Of a stretch of DNA of 41,166 nucleotides, positions 25,754 through 33,275 are shown one piece after another (position 1 is the first letter of the stretch; each line of letters opens with the position of its first letter). The position numbers were made by a program, and so were the translations under genes. The notes under the pieces were generated by a model. That model made no database searches. It saw only the letters and a list, made by a program, of their open reading frames with translations, and was not told the origin of the DNA. The stretch covers positions 280,485 to 321,650 of IMG/VR virus record IMGVR_UViG_3300028886_000031; one strand, written 5' to 3'. This DNA comes from a virus. Lineage: Duplodnaviria; Heunggongvirae; Uroviricota; Caudoviricetes.

Positions 25754-26256
25754 CGGACGAAGATATTGATAATCTGTTTAACAATAACGATACAACTGTT
25801 ATAAAAGATAAACAAAATCTTGTCCCAACAGAATTATCATTAGAAAATAAAAATAAAAGTAATCACATAGATAGACCTATTATAAAACAAGATTCTGATA
25901 AGACAAAAATTAAAAAAGAAGAAAAACGAAAAGAAAATTTGTTAGAAAAACAAATTGAAAATTCCCCCATAGATGTTAAGAGTGTGAATAGTTTTACACA
26001 ACTTAAATCGTATATTAAAAGTATTTTAAACTACAGAAAAACAGAGCAGTTGAAACAGGAAATGTCCAGAAGTATTCTATCTGGATGTACAGAAACACAT
26101 ACAGATCCTGGAACACAATGCACATTTCACATCTTTCAACCGAAACATATTATGGGTGACGTTATATATTGCAGCTGCAAATTTTGTAGTGTAGAAAAAG
26201 AATTTACACAATCTGAATGGGATGAATATTGTATAAAATATAGAAAATGGTTCTAA
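25723..26256 (+). CDS. Hypothetical protein with C-terminal Cys/His cluster
   Basis: CTFH...CSCKFC possible zinc site; GAGG SD. Confidence 0.7.
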   Translation: MAGKYQKDEITDEDIDNLFNNNDTTVIKDKQNLVPTELSLENKNKSNHIDRPIIKQDSDKTKIKKEEKRKENLLEKQIENSPIDVKSVNSFTQLKSYIKSILNYRKTEQLKQEMSRSILSGCTETHTDPGTQCTFHIFQPKHIMGDVIYCSCKFCSVEKEFTQSEWDEYCIKYRKWF

Positions 26257-26333
26257 AACTCAATATATATTATATATTGATAACATGAAAAACAATCGTT
26301 CTTTCACAATAAATTTAAAACTGGAATTAAAAA

Positions 26334-26510
26334 ATGTCAAAATATAGTTTTATAGATTGCAATTATTTTAACAAGAATGAAAAAGATAAGGATATCTATA
26401 ATATCCAAAAAGAATTTAAGAATATCGAAGATGCTACATCTTTAGATAAAGGTATTCTTGATCCTAATATTTCACTTGTTACTATTAAAGATGTAGAAAA
26501 AGGTTCTTAA
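26334..26510 (+). CDS. Small protein (58 aa, MSKYSFID...), not in ORF track
   Basis: ATG 26334 to TAA 26508-26510; N-terminus resembles the YSF motif of neighbours; CAATAAATTTAAA upstream at 26307. Confidence 0.6.
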   Translation: MSKYSFIDCNYFNKNEKDKDIYNIQKEFKNIEDATSLDKGILDPNISLVTIKDVEKGS

Positions 26511-26572
26511 ATCTAATTATCTACATCTGTCTCTTATTTTTTGTCAATTTGTCATTTTAGAAAGGAGAAAAA

Positions 26573-27400
26573 ATGACACCAGATGAAATAAAAAGAAGAT
26601 TGTGTTTGAACTCACTTGGTTTGAGAAAATGCACAGATGAAATGGGACTGGATATATGGTATACGGATTTTAATGTATACAACATACTTAAAGTGTCTCA
26701 CACTTTTCCATTTTCGTTAGATGAAAATTTATATATTGATATATATCAGTTCTTTCTAAATTTAAATTTTCAACCCAAAGAGAAAATTACATTCTTTACA
26801 TTCACTATATGTACAATGCTATACTTCCGTATACATGGTGAAGCACGCTATTATATATATTATAATGATACAGATATCTTTATGTATATAATTCCATCAT
26901 ATAGTGATACTTTTATTGTCGTAAACCTAACAGACCCTAATGATTATATTCTTATATTATATAGCGGGGAAAAATTCTTTAAGTTCAAAAAACTAAAAGA
27001 GTTTAATGCTTCTGGTGTACATGCTATGTATATAGACCCGAAACTGTTTTCAAATCATCCAATGTATAAAAATACAGAATTCAAAAATATTTTATGTCTA
27101 TATTATATAAATCTCAAGAATTATGTGTATAAACAAACTTTGAATCTCTCGAATTACCCATCATGGCCAGAGAATTTGAGTGAAGAAGAAATTGTAAAAA
27201 ATGATGGATACTTAGGAAGTGTCTTGAGGATGTTTATGAAAATATTTCAGGGTTATAGCGTTTACGGTTCGAATAGTTATTTTCCTATAGTTAAAAATTT
27301 TGAATTTAACGAAGATGCTGAGCAAACGGAGAGACCAAAAAATAGGGAAAGAAAGAGATATGGAAATAAGACTACAATGGAAATGTTAGAGCTTATTTAA
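26573..27400 (+). CDS. Hypothetical protein
   Basis: GAAAGGAG SD; 275 aa; followed by a terminator. Confidence 0.8.
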   Translation: MTPDEIKRRLCLNSLGLRKCTDEMGLDIWYTDFNVYNILKVSHTFPFSLDENLYIDIYQFFLNLNFQPKEKITFFTFTICTMLYFRIHGEARYYIYYNDTDIFMYIIPSYSDTFIVVNLTDPNDYILILYSGEKFFKFKKLKEFNASGVHAMYIDPKLFSNHPMYKNTEFKNILCLYYINLKNYVYKQTLNLSNYPSWPENLSEEEIVKNDGYLGSVLRMFMKIFQGYSVYGSNSYFPIVKNFEFNEDAEQTERPKNRERKRYGNKTTMEMLELI

Positions 27401-27422
27401 ATATAAAAACAAAAAATCTCAG

Positions 27423-27459
27423 AAAAACAGTAGGTTTTAATACAACCTCCTGTTTTTTT
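27423..27459 (+). terminator. Intrinsic terminator, possibly bidirectional
   Basis: AAAAACAG-T-AGGTT/AACCT-C-CTGTTTTT with A-run before and T-run after. Confidence 0.7.
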
Positions 27460-27490
27460 CGAAAAAATTATATTATAGAGGATATAATTA

Positions 27491-28000
27491 ATGAGAGAAT
27501 ATAGTTTTCTAATAGAGGCTTTAAATAATACTAATAATAGTCTGGGAATTCCAACTAATCCAAATAATCAAGCTAAACATATTAGTGTTATTGGAGTCCT
27601 AAAACCATTATCTATTGGAAGTATAAGCAAATTAATACAATGTAAACCAATTGAATTAACTAATAAGATTAACTACCAGTTAAATCGTGTTAATACATTA
27701 ATTACAGATTTACAATTCAAGATTTCTAATCCAAAATACGAAAAAGTTAAACAAAATAATGAGTTTGAACTTCGAGTTGTTAGATCAGCATACGCCATTC
27801 ATAGAGCATATTTTACAAAATTACTCTATTTTAAAAGTCGCGGAATCATTAAAAATCCAGCAAAACTTGAGATGCTTCAAAGTGGATATAAGAGACAACT
27901 TTTCTTATTGAGCCAGAATTATAAGAAATCAAAATTAACATCATCTATGGAAATCAATAGGTTAAAAGCTAATGACGATACACAGATACCCCAAGACTGA
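27491..28000 (+). CDS. Putative head-internal protein (YSF-x-x-E leader)
   Basis: N-terminus MREYSFLIEAL; basic helical body. Confidence 0.6.
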   Translation: MREYSFLIEALNNTNNSLGIPTNPNNQAKHISVIGVLKPLSIGSISKLIQCKPIELTNKINYQLNRVNTLITDLQFKISNPKYEKVKQNNEFELRVVRSAYAIHRAYFTKLLYFKSRGIIKNPAKLEMLQSGYKRQLFLLSQNYKKSKLTSSMEINRLKANDDTQIPQD

Positions 28001-28433
28001 TTATCCAAAGTTTGAAATTAGTTCCGAGAATAAAATACTCTTAAATATATGCGATAGTTATGAATATAATGTCACAGATTCTAATGAGTTCTGGTCTAAT
28101 TATTATTTAAAAATAAAAAAAGATTTTAATGAACATAAACCATATAAACTCGGTGATGTACATTATACAGAAATTTTTAGTTATCATATGGTTTGTAACA
28201 TGATATGTGTTGAATGGCCTAAGACATTCTATAATCTAAAACCATTTAAATTAAATTATTTTAAAAAATGTTGTCATAAATGCTATAATTACATGAAGAA
28301 AAATGATTTTAAAATAATATATACTCCAGTATTCGGTTCTAAAATTTTAGAAGGAAACTGGATGACTATATTAAGCACAATGAATCAAATATTCTTAGAT
28401 TGTGAGATGTACATATTTTACAATATCGAATAA
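27972..28433 (+). CDS. Degenerate macrodomain-like protein (Poa1p/OARD1-type fold)
   Basis: LGDV...VCNM and IYTPVFGSKILEGNW.TI...MNQIF....YIF resemble the macrodomain C-terminal PxIGxGL.GG.W pattern; the glycine-rich loop is not evident. Confidence 0.5.
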   Translation: MTIHRYPKTDYPKFEISSENKILLNICDSYEYNVTDSNEFWSNYYLKIKKDFNEHKPYKLGDVHYTEIFSYHMVCNMICVEWPKTFYNLKPFKLNYFKKCCHKCYNYMKKNDFKIIYTPVFGSKILEGNWMTILSTMNQIFLDCEMYIFYNIE

Positions 28434-28440
28434 AATTAAA
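28427..28440 (+). promoter_or_regulatory. Candidate late promoter
   Basis: CGAATAAAATTAAA starting 37 nt upstream of ATG 28464. Confidence 0.55.
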
Positions 28441-28463
28441 ACAATTTCAATTTGGTATTTACA

Positions 28464-28889
28464 ATGTCTAAACAATATTCATTTTTAACAGAAGTTGCTT
28501 CTCTTACTCCAACTAGAAATGCTGAGTCTGAAGTTGGTGATCCTATCGGTGGTGTAGATAGAGAGACAGAAGCTACTAGAAGAAAAGCAAAATCTATTAA
28601 GGCTCAGACAGAACTTCTTGCTGCTACAGCACAATTAAAGAAAACAAAATTTGATGCTGAAAGAATTAATAAGGATATAGCAAATCAGCAAGAAGAGGAA
28701 AAGAATGCTGAAATAGATAAACAGCGTCAAATGCAACAGCAACAACAAGCTGAGGCACAAGCACAACAGCAGGCTCAAGCACAGGCTAATGATATTAATT
28801 CTTATGTAAATCAGCAAGTTGGAATATCTCAACCACAACAGGGCGTTCAGCAACAAGATCCAACTATTGATCCGAATGCTCAAGGATAA
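28464..28889 (+). CDS. Gln-rich putative head-internal protein (YSF-x-x-E leader)
   Basis: ATG 28464 gives MSKQYSFLTEVA; coiled coil, then a QQQQQAEAQAQQQAQAQ tract. Confidence 0.65.
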   Translation: MSKQYSFLTEVASLTPTRNAESEVGDPIGGVDRETEATRRKAKSIKAQTELLAATAQLKKTKFDAERINKDIANQQEEEKNAEIDKQRQMQQQQQAEAQAQQQAQAQANDINSYVNQQVGISQPQQGVQQQDPTIDPNAQG

Positions 28890-28892
28890 AAC

Positions 28893-29699
28893 ATGAAGCA
28901 TTATTCTTTTGTAACAGAAGCAGATCAAATCAACTTAGAAAATCCAACAGAAAATAATGGATTTGAACCATTAATCAAATCTAAGGCTGATATTCCTCTT
29001 AGTAATGAACAAGCTGAGAAAATGGTCACTGTTGCAAAAATAAGAGAGATAGAAGCAAAGACTAGAGAATTAGAGGCTAAGGCAAAAGCTACAGAACAAC
29101 AAGCAGCAATGGGTGATCCTAATGCTGCTGGTGGTATAGATCCTATGACTGGTATGCCTATGGATCCTAATGCTGCTGGTGGAATAGATCCTATGACTGG
29201 TATGCCAATGCCTGGAGCCGGAGGTGCTGGTGGTATAGATCCTATGACTGGTATGCCAATGGGTGGAGCAGCCGGCGGTGGTATAGATCCTATGACTGGT
29301 ATGCCGACAGGAGGAGATCCATTACAAGGTCTCGGTGACAAATCGGCTCCTCCGGATCCTATGGGTGGAATGGGTGGAATGGATCCTATGACTGGTATGC
29401 CAATGCCGGGAGCCGGAAGTGCTGTCTATACAGCTATAGGAAGAGCTTATAAACTTAAAGATATTTTTGAAAAACTCTCTAGAATCAGAACATATCTTAG
29501 GGATTGTACAAATACAGAATTAGAGTCATTATATTCAGATTCTAATACGGCGTTTGATATGTTTAAATTAGTCATCAATAATCTTAAAGTATATAAAGAA
29601 AAAGTTGATGAACTAATTATTATGTATTATGAATTAATAAAGATCATGCTAGAAAAAATTAAGAACACGTTAAACGAAACTGAAGAATCTATAGATTAA
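28893..29699 (+). CDS. Putative prohead core/internal protein with DPMTGMP repeats (YSF-x-x-E leader)
   Basis: MKHYSFVTEA; five DPMTGMP repeats in a Gly/Met/Pro-rich linker; helical C-terminal domain. Confidence 0.65.
   Translation: MKHYSFVTEADQINLENPTENNGFEPLIKSKADIPLSNEQAEKMVTVAKIREIEAKTRELEAKAKATEQQAAMGDPNAAGGIDPMTGMPMDPNAAGGIDPMTGMPMPGAGGAGGIDPMTGMPMGGAAGGGIDPMTGMPTGGDPLQGLGDKSAPPDPMGGMGGMDPMTGMPMPGAGSAVYTAIGRAYKLKDIFEKLSRIRTYLRDCTNTELESLYSDSNTAFDMFKLVINNLKVYKEKVDELIIMYYELIKIMLEKIKNTLNETEESID
29139..29401 (+). repeat. Five in-frame copies of GATCCTATGACTGGTATGCC
   Basis: 20-mer encoding DPMTGMP, separated by Gly/Ala/Pro-coding spacers of variable length. Confidence 0.9.
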
Positions 29700-29712
29700 A
29701 AAGGATATTCAA

Positions 29713-29868
29713 ATGACGTTTCTTAAAAAAATTCTACAATTCTTTTATGGAATTAAACCCATAAAAATAGATCCAATTAATTTGGATTCCATAGAAATAA
29801 AACCATATAAAAGATCTAATGATACTATTCAAGAAGATATCATGAATAATATCACTGGGTATTATTAA
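29713..29868 (+). CDS. Small hypothetical protein (51 aa), not in ORF track
   Basis: AAAGGA upstream; MTFLKKILQFFYG... to TAA at 29866-29868. Confidence 0.5.
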   Translation: MTFLKKILQFFYGIKPIKIDPINLDSIEIKPYKRSNDTIQEDIMNNITGYY

Positions 29869-30252
29869 TTATCTAGCATGAATTGTAAATGTTGTTGCAA
29901 TTCCAGATGATCTTTTCTTAGATCTAAATTGTTTAAATTTAGACACAACTGGCATTTGAATATTTACATTTCTAATTCTAGCTTGACCTTTTGGTTTACT
30001 TATAATCTTATTAACACTGATTGTTTTAGTGTTATCTTTAGAAGGCTCAAATATTTCTTGCTTTTTTTCTGATAAAATTTGCTCTAGAGCATATTTTATT
30101 TTTTCGTTGAGTATATTCATAAATTCTTCATTATTTATGGTACTCTTATCAACGATTTCTGTTACAATTTTATTTTTCTTTCTTCTTTTATCTTTTTTCT
30201 CATTAACAACAACATTTTGGATGTCATTTGAGGATTCTATTTCATCTGTCAT
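29869..30252 (-). CDS. Lys-rich hypothetical protein
   Basis: 127-aa ORF packed directly behind the 30257-30643 gene. Confidence 0.65.
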   Translation of the reverse strand: MTDEIESSNDIQNVVVNEKKDKRRKKNKIVTEIVDKSTINNEEFMNILNEKIKYALEQILSEKKQEIFEPSKDNTKTISVNKIISKPKGQARIRNVNIQMPVVSKFKQFRSKKRSSGIATTFTIHAR

Positions 30253-30256
30253 TTTT

Positions 30257-30643
30257 TTACTTCTTTCTTGATAGAAATGATCCGATTGCTGTTCCTACTG
30301 TGCTACCGATCATTGTTCCTTTTTCATAATATTCCTTGAGGGCATAGTTTCTATATTCTTGATCCGTCATGCTCATAATCATGTTCTTTTCATCTATAAG
30401 CTGTTGTCTATTATAAGCACTTATATCTGGATTAAGTATCCTTTTTTCCATACTTTGGATAGTTTTCTTTCTATCCATAAAAACCTTAGCACCATAAAGT
30501 AAACCGATTGTTCCTCCCATAGATGTTCCGAGCAAACCTCCGGCTGCTGCATAAGTTACGAGCTGACCTGCACCATTTGGTGCTAGCCATTTACCTATCT
30601 TTTCAGAAACGGATTCTGTTAAAAAACTATATTGAGAAGACAT
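30257..30643 (-). CDS. Glycine-zipper protein with YSF-x-x-E leader (candidate ejection/channel protein)
   Basis: MSSQYSFLTES; AAAGGLLGTSMGGTIGLLYG and GTMIGSTVGTAIG GxxxG zippers. Confidence 0.65.
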   Translation of the reverse strand: MSSQYSFLTESVSEKIGKWLAPNGAGQLVTYAAAGGLLGTSMGGTIGLLYGAKVFMDRKKTIQSMEKRILNPDISAYNRQQLIDEKNMIMSMTDQEYRNYALKEYYEKGTMIGSTVGTAIGSFLSRKK

Positions 30644-30657
30644 AATTAAAAATTCTT

Positions 30658-30671
30658 TTTATATTTATTCA
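30658..30671 (-). promoter_or_regulatory. Candidate late promoter
   Basis: TGAATAAATATAAA on the minus strand, starting 28 nt upstream of the 30643 start. Confidence 0.45.
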
Positions 30672-31093
30672 CTGCTTTTTTTAGTCAATTTAGATATAAT
30701 TTTTCTTTTTATAAAATCATTCTGTGTTGGATATATACATCCATATTTATATAAATTTGTTTCTTGTCTTTTTTCCATAAAATCCTCATTTGATGAGGAA
30801 CATGCCTTACAATATTCAAAGTAACCTTCTACAAAATTTTTGAATCTTAATTTTCCCTTACAATTCTTAGATATATGCTTACATTCTGGAACACTACTCA
30901 TATCATTTAATACTAGATATAATGCTTCACTAAAAGTAGATAATTTTAATTCCATCTGTATTTTCTTAATGGAAACAAATATATCTGGATATAAATACTT
31001 AATTTTTGTAGATAAACCTTTAAATTGATTTGGGTTTATTGATTCGATTAAAAGATTAATTTTTTGTTTCTCTGATTCTGTAAGATTAGTCAT
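30665..31093 (-). CDS. Homing-endonuclease-type DNA-binding N-terminus without a nuclease domain (possible truncated HEG)
   Basis: PEC...C...F....GY..YCK.C followed by one KRQETNLYKYG..YPTQ repeat; likely ATG at 31093 because the track start abuts the divergent gene. Confidence 0.5.
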   Translation of the reverse strand: MTNLTESEKQKINLLIESINPNQFKGLSTKIKYLYPDIFVSIKKIQMELKLSTFSEALYLVLNDMSSVPECKHISKNCKGKLRFKNFVEGYFEYCKACSSSNEDFMEKRQETNLYKYGCIYPTQNDFIKRKIISKLTKKSSE

Positions 31094-31146
31094 TTTACTG
31101 TTTTTTAATTTTATTTGAGTATTATTTACGATATATATAAACATTC

Positions 31147-31419
31147 ATGAACACAACAGTTAAGGACTACCGCCCTTACCGTTGGGGTTTGAACCGCGGC
31201 CAGAACATTCTGTTCTATGGCTGTGGAGAGAAGCCAACGGAACATCACAACGGGAATTCAAGTCCTGTTGTTAAGGGTGAAGTGCGTGATGGGGTTCTTC
31301 ACCTCTTTACGCAGTCTGGTGCGGAGTACTTGTTACTTCGTGCTAAGATGATCCCGAATCTTCCATCCCAACTTATCCTTCAGAGGATTTTGGGTGAGGG
31401 TGGAAATACTTGGGATTGA
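31147..31419 (+). CDS. Small hypothetical protein, GC-richer than its flanks
   Basis: 90 aa; SSPVV...LFTQSGAEYLL; followed by a terminator. Confidence 0.7.
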   Translation: MNTTVKDYRPYRWGLNRGQNILFYGCGEKPTEHHNGNSSPVVKGEVRDGVLHLFTQSGAEYLLLRAKMIPNLPSQLILQRILGEGGNTWD

Positions 31420-31425
31420 CTTTCT

Positions 31426-31473
31426 GACATGGTTGACGCACCGATATTTCGGAGAGTTGACCATGTCTTTTTT
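31426..31473 (+). terminator. Intrinsic terminator with extended stem
   Basis: GACATGGTTGAC/GTTGACCATGTC (two G-U), inner CCGA/TCGG, then T6. Confidence 0.75.
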
Positions 31474-31706
31474 ATTTTGTTTTTTAGATACCAAATGTTT
31501 CTTTTAATTTTTTTCTTTCTTTTTATTCTAGTGAAAAGAATACAAATTAAAATAATTGACCATCAAAAGTCAATTTCTAACCAGATGACTGGTTATATAT
31601 GCGATTTTATATGAAGAATGGCATGTAAGAAGCCATATTGTGTATATACCTCATAGTTAGTTAAAAACAAAAAAACAACATTAAAAATATAAATGAGGTT
31701 ATAAAA

Positions 31707-33203
31707 ATGGGTATTAAAACACTACTCAAAGAGGCTTATAACTTTACTAAGTCTAGTACAGGTTATGATCCTTCTAAGCCGGGCAGTATTCGTGAAGTCC
31801 TTGTGAATGACGATGCGTTCGGAATGTACAAAAATTCACTCTCAGAAGGTTTGTCTGCAGAGGATAAGAATGGATTCAATGTTCTTGCTGAGAATACAAG
31901 AATTGCACTTCTTGAAAACTCGACATATTCTTTGAACCCATATGAGACTCTTGCACTTCCACTTCTCCGTGTATTCTATCCAAAGACAATCGCTAAGGAT
32001 CTCGTTACCGTTATTCCAATGAGCAAGCCAGAAATCATCCGTGGTTTCATCAAGGCTTCCTTCAAGCGCTTTGGTGACAGCAATACTTATATGGCTCCAT
32101 CTAACACAGATATCACAGCTGGTCCAAAGGTGACTGTTCCTGTCAGTACAATGACAGAGCTTACACCTGATGGCAAGCCAATTGATATTCTTGCAAAGGC
32201 TGGTGTCAATTCTGATATTGCTCACATCGAGAAGAACTTCATGGTTACAGCCGTTGAACTCGATGGCGAGACTGTTAACTGCCAGGTTACACCAACCGTT
32301 GACGGAACAATTGCAGCTACAGTTCAGAAGGCTGATGGATCTGTAACAGATACACTTACTGGTCGTATCAATTATCTCACTGGCATTCTCGAACTTGCTA
32401 GTGTCAATGGTAAGATCACAAAGGTTGCTTTCAAGGCACAGCTCTCACTCGAAGAGAACACAATTAACCCTCGTGCTTCCTTCAGTATTGAGAAGATCCG
32501 CTTGATTGCACAGGATCGTCAGATCTCCACAAACTGGACAATTCAGATGCAGCAAGATATCAAGGCACTCTATGATATCGAGCTTCAGTCCGAACTCGTT
32601 TCAGCTATGGGTCAGCAAATCGTTCTTGATGTCGATCGTCAGATCGTCCAGAACCTTATCTACGCTTGCGAGAGAATGAATGGTCCAACACACAACCGTA
32701 CATTCAACAAGAACCCATCACAATGGGAAGCTGAGACTGGTTCTAAGTTTGCTTATGGTCCAAAGCAATGGATGGAGAATGTTCTTCCTGTTCTTAACGA
32801 TCTTAGTGCTGCAATTTATGTAGATACTAACATCGCTGCAGGTAACATTCTTGCTTGCAACCCACTTGATGCTACAATCTTTGAGTCCCTCCAGGAGTTC
32901 CGTTATAATGGTTCTTCTTCTGAGGATGGTGATCTCGGATATCGTAGTGCTGAGGTTGCTGGTGGAAAGTGGAAGGTTCTTGTCTCTCCAGTTGTCCCAC
33001 AGGGCAAGTCACTCTGCCTTTACAAGCCAACTGAGCAGATCAAGTGCACATACATCTTTGCACCATACGTTCCTTGCGTGTTGACACCATACCCACTTGG
33101 CAATACACCTTCTCTCACAATTCTCTCAAGAAATGGTGAGCAGTTGATTCGTCCAGCTGGTATCTCTGTGCTTAATATCACAGATAAGTTCGTTCAACCA
33201 TAA
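31707..33203 (+). CDS. Major capsid protein, T4 gp23-like
   Basis: LPLLRVFYPKTIAKDLVTVIPM, R.I...WT..MQQDI.A...IE...EL.......DVDR, C-terminal FAPYVP; GAGG SD; strongly biased high-expression codon usage. Confidence 0.85.
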   Translation: MGIKTLLKEAYNFTKSSTGYDPSKPGSIREVLVNDDAFGMYKNSLSEGLSAEDKNGFNVLAENTRIALLENSTYSLNPYETLALPLLRVFYPKTIAKDLVTVIPMSKPEIIRGFIKASFKRFGDSNTYMAPSNTDITAGPKVTVPVSTMTELTPDGKPIDILAKAGVNSDIAHIEKNFMVTAVELDGETVNCQVTPTVDGTIAATVQKADGSVTDTLTGRINYLTGILELASVNGKITKVAFKAQLSLEENTINPRASFSIEKIRLIAQDRQISTNWTIQMQQDIKALYDIELQSELVSAMGQQIVLDVDRQIVQNLIYACERMNGPTHNRTFNKNPSQWEAETGSKFAYGPKQWMENVLPVLNDLSAAIYVDTNIAAGNILACNPLDATIFESLQEFRYNGSSSEDGDLGYRSAEVAGGKWKVLVSPVVPQGKSLCLYKPTEQIKCTYIFAPYVPCVLTPYPLGNTPSLTILSRNGEQLIRPAGISVLNITDKFVQP

Positions 33204-33226
33204 TTAGATTCTAATATCTAATTAGA

Positions 33227-33262
33227 TTAAGGCATGGCTGTTTAAATACAGCCATGCTTTAA
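33227..33262. terminator. Bidirectional terminator/stabiliser between the capsid gene and the convergent GT operon
   Basis: TTAAGGCATGGCTGT/ACAGCCATGCTTTAA stem; second AT hairpin TAATTAGAT/ATCTAATTA at 33201-33224. Confidence 0.8.
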
Positions 33263-33275
33263 TTACCGAAAAATT

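Noticed and set aside
29110-29420. CRISPR-like array of 20-nt direct repeats
   Set aside because: Repeats are in frame within a 268-aa ORF (DPMTGMP); spacers are few, similar to each other and Gly/Ala-coding; no cas genes
28635-33084. Alternative-frame or antisense ORFs such as 28635..28928, 28925..29341, 30029..30271, 31429..31614, 31842..32225, 32851..33084
   Set aside because: They shadow better-supported genes or terminators, lack SDs and show no motifs. The same applies to other short shadow ORFs in the track
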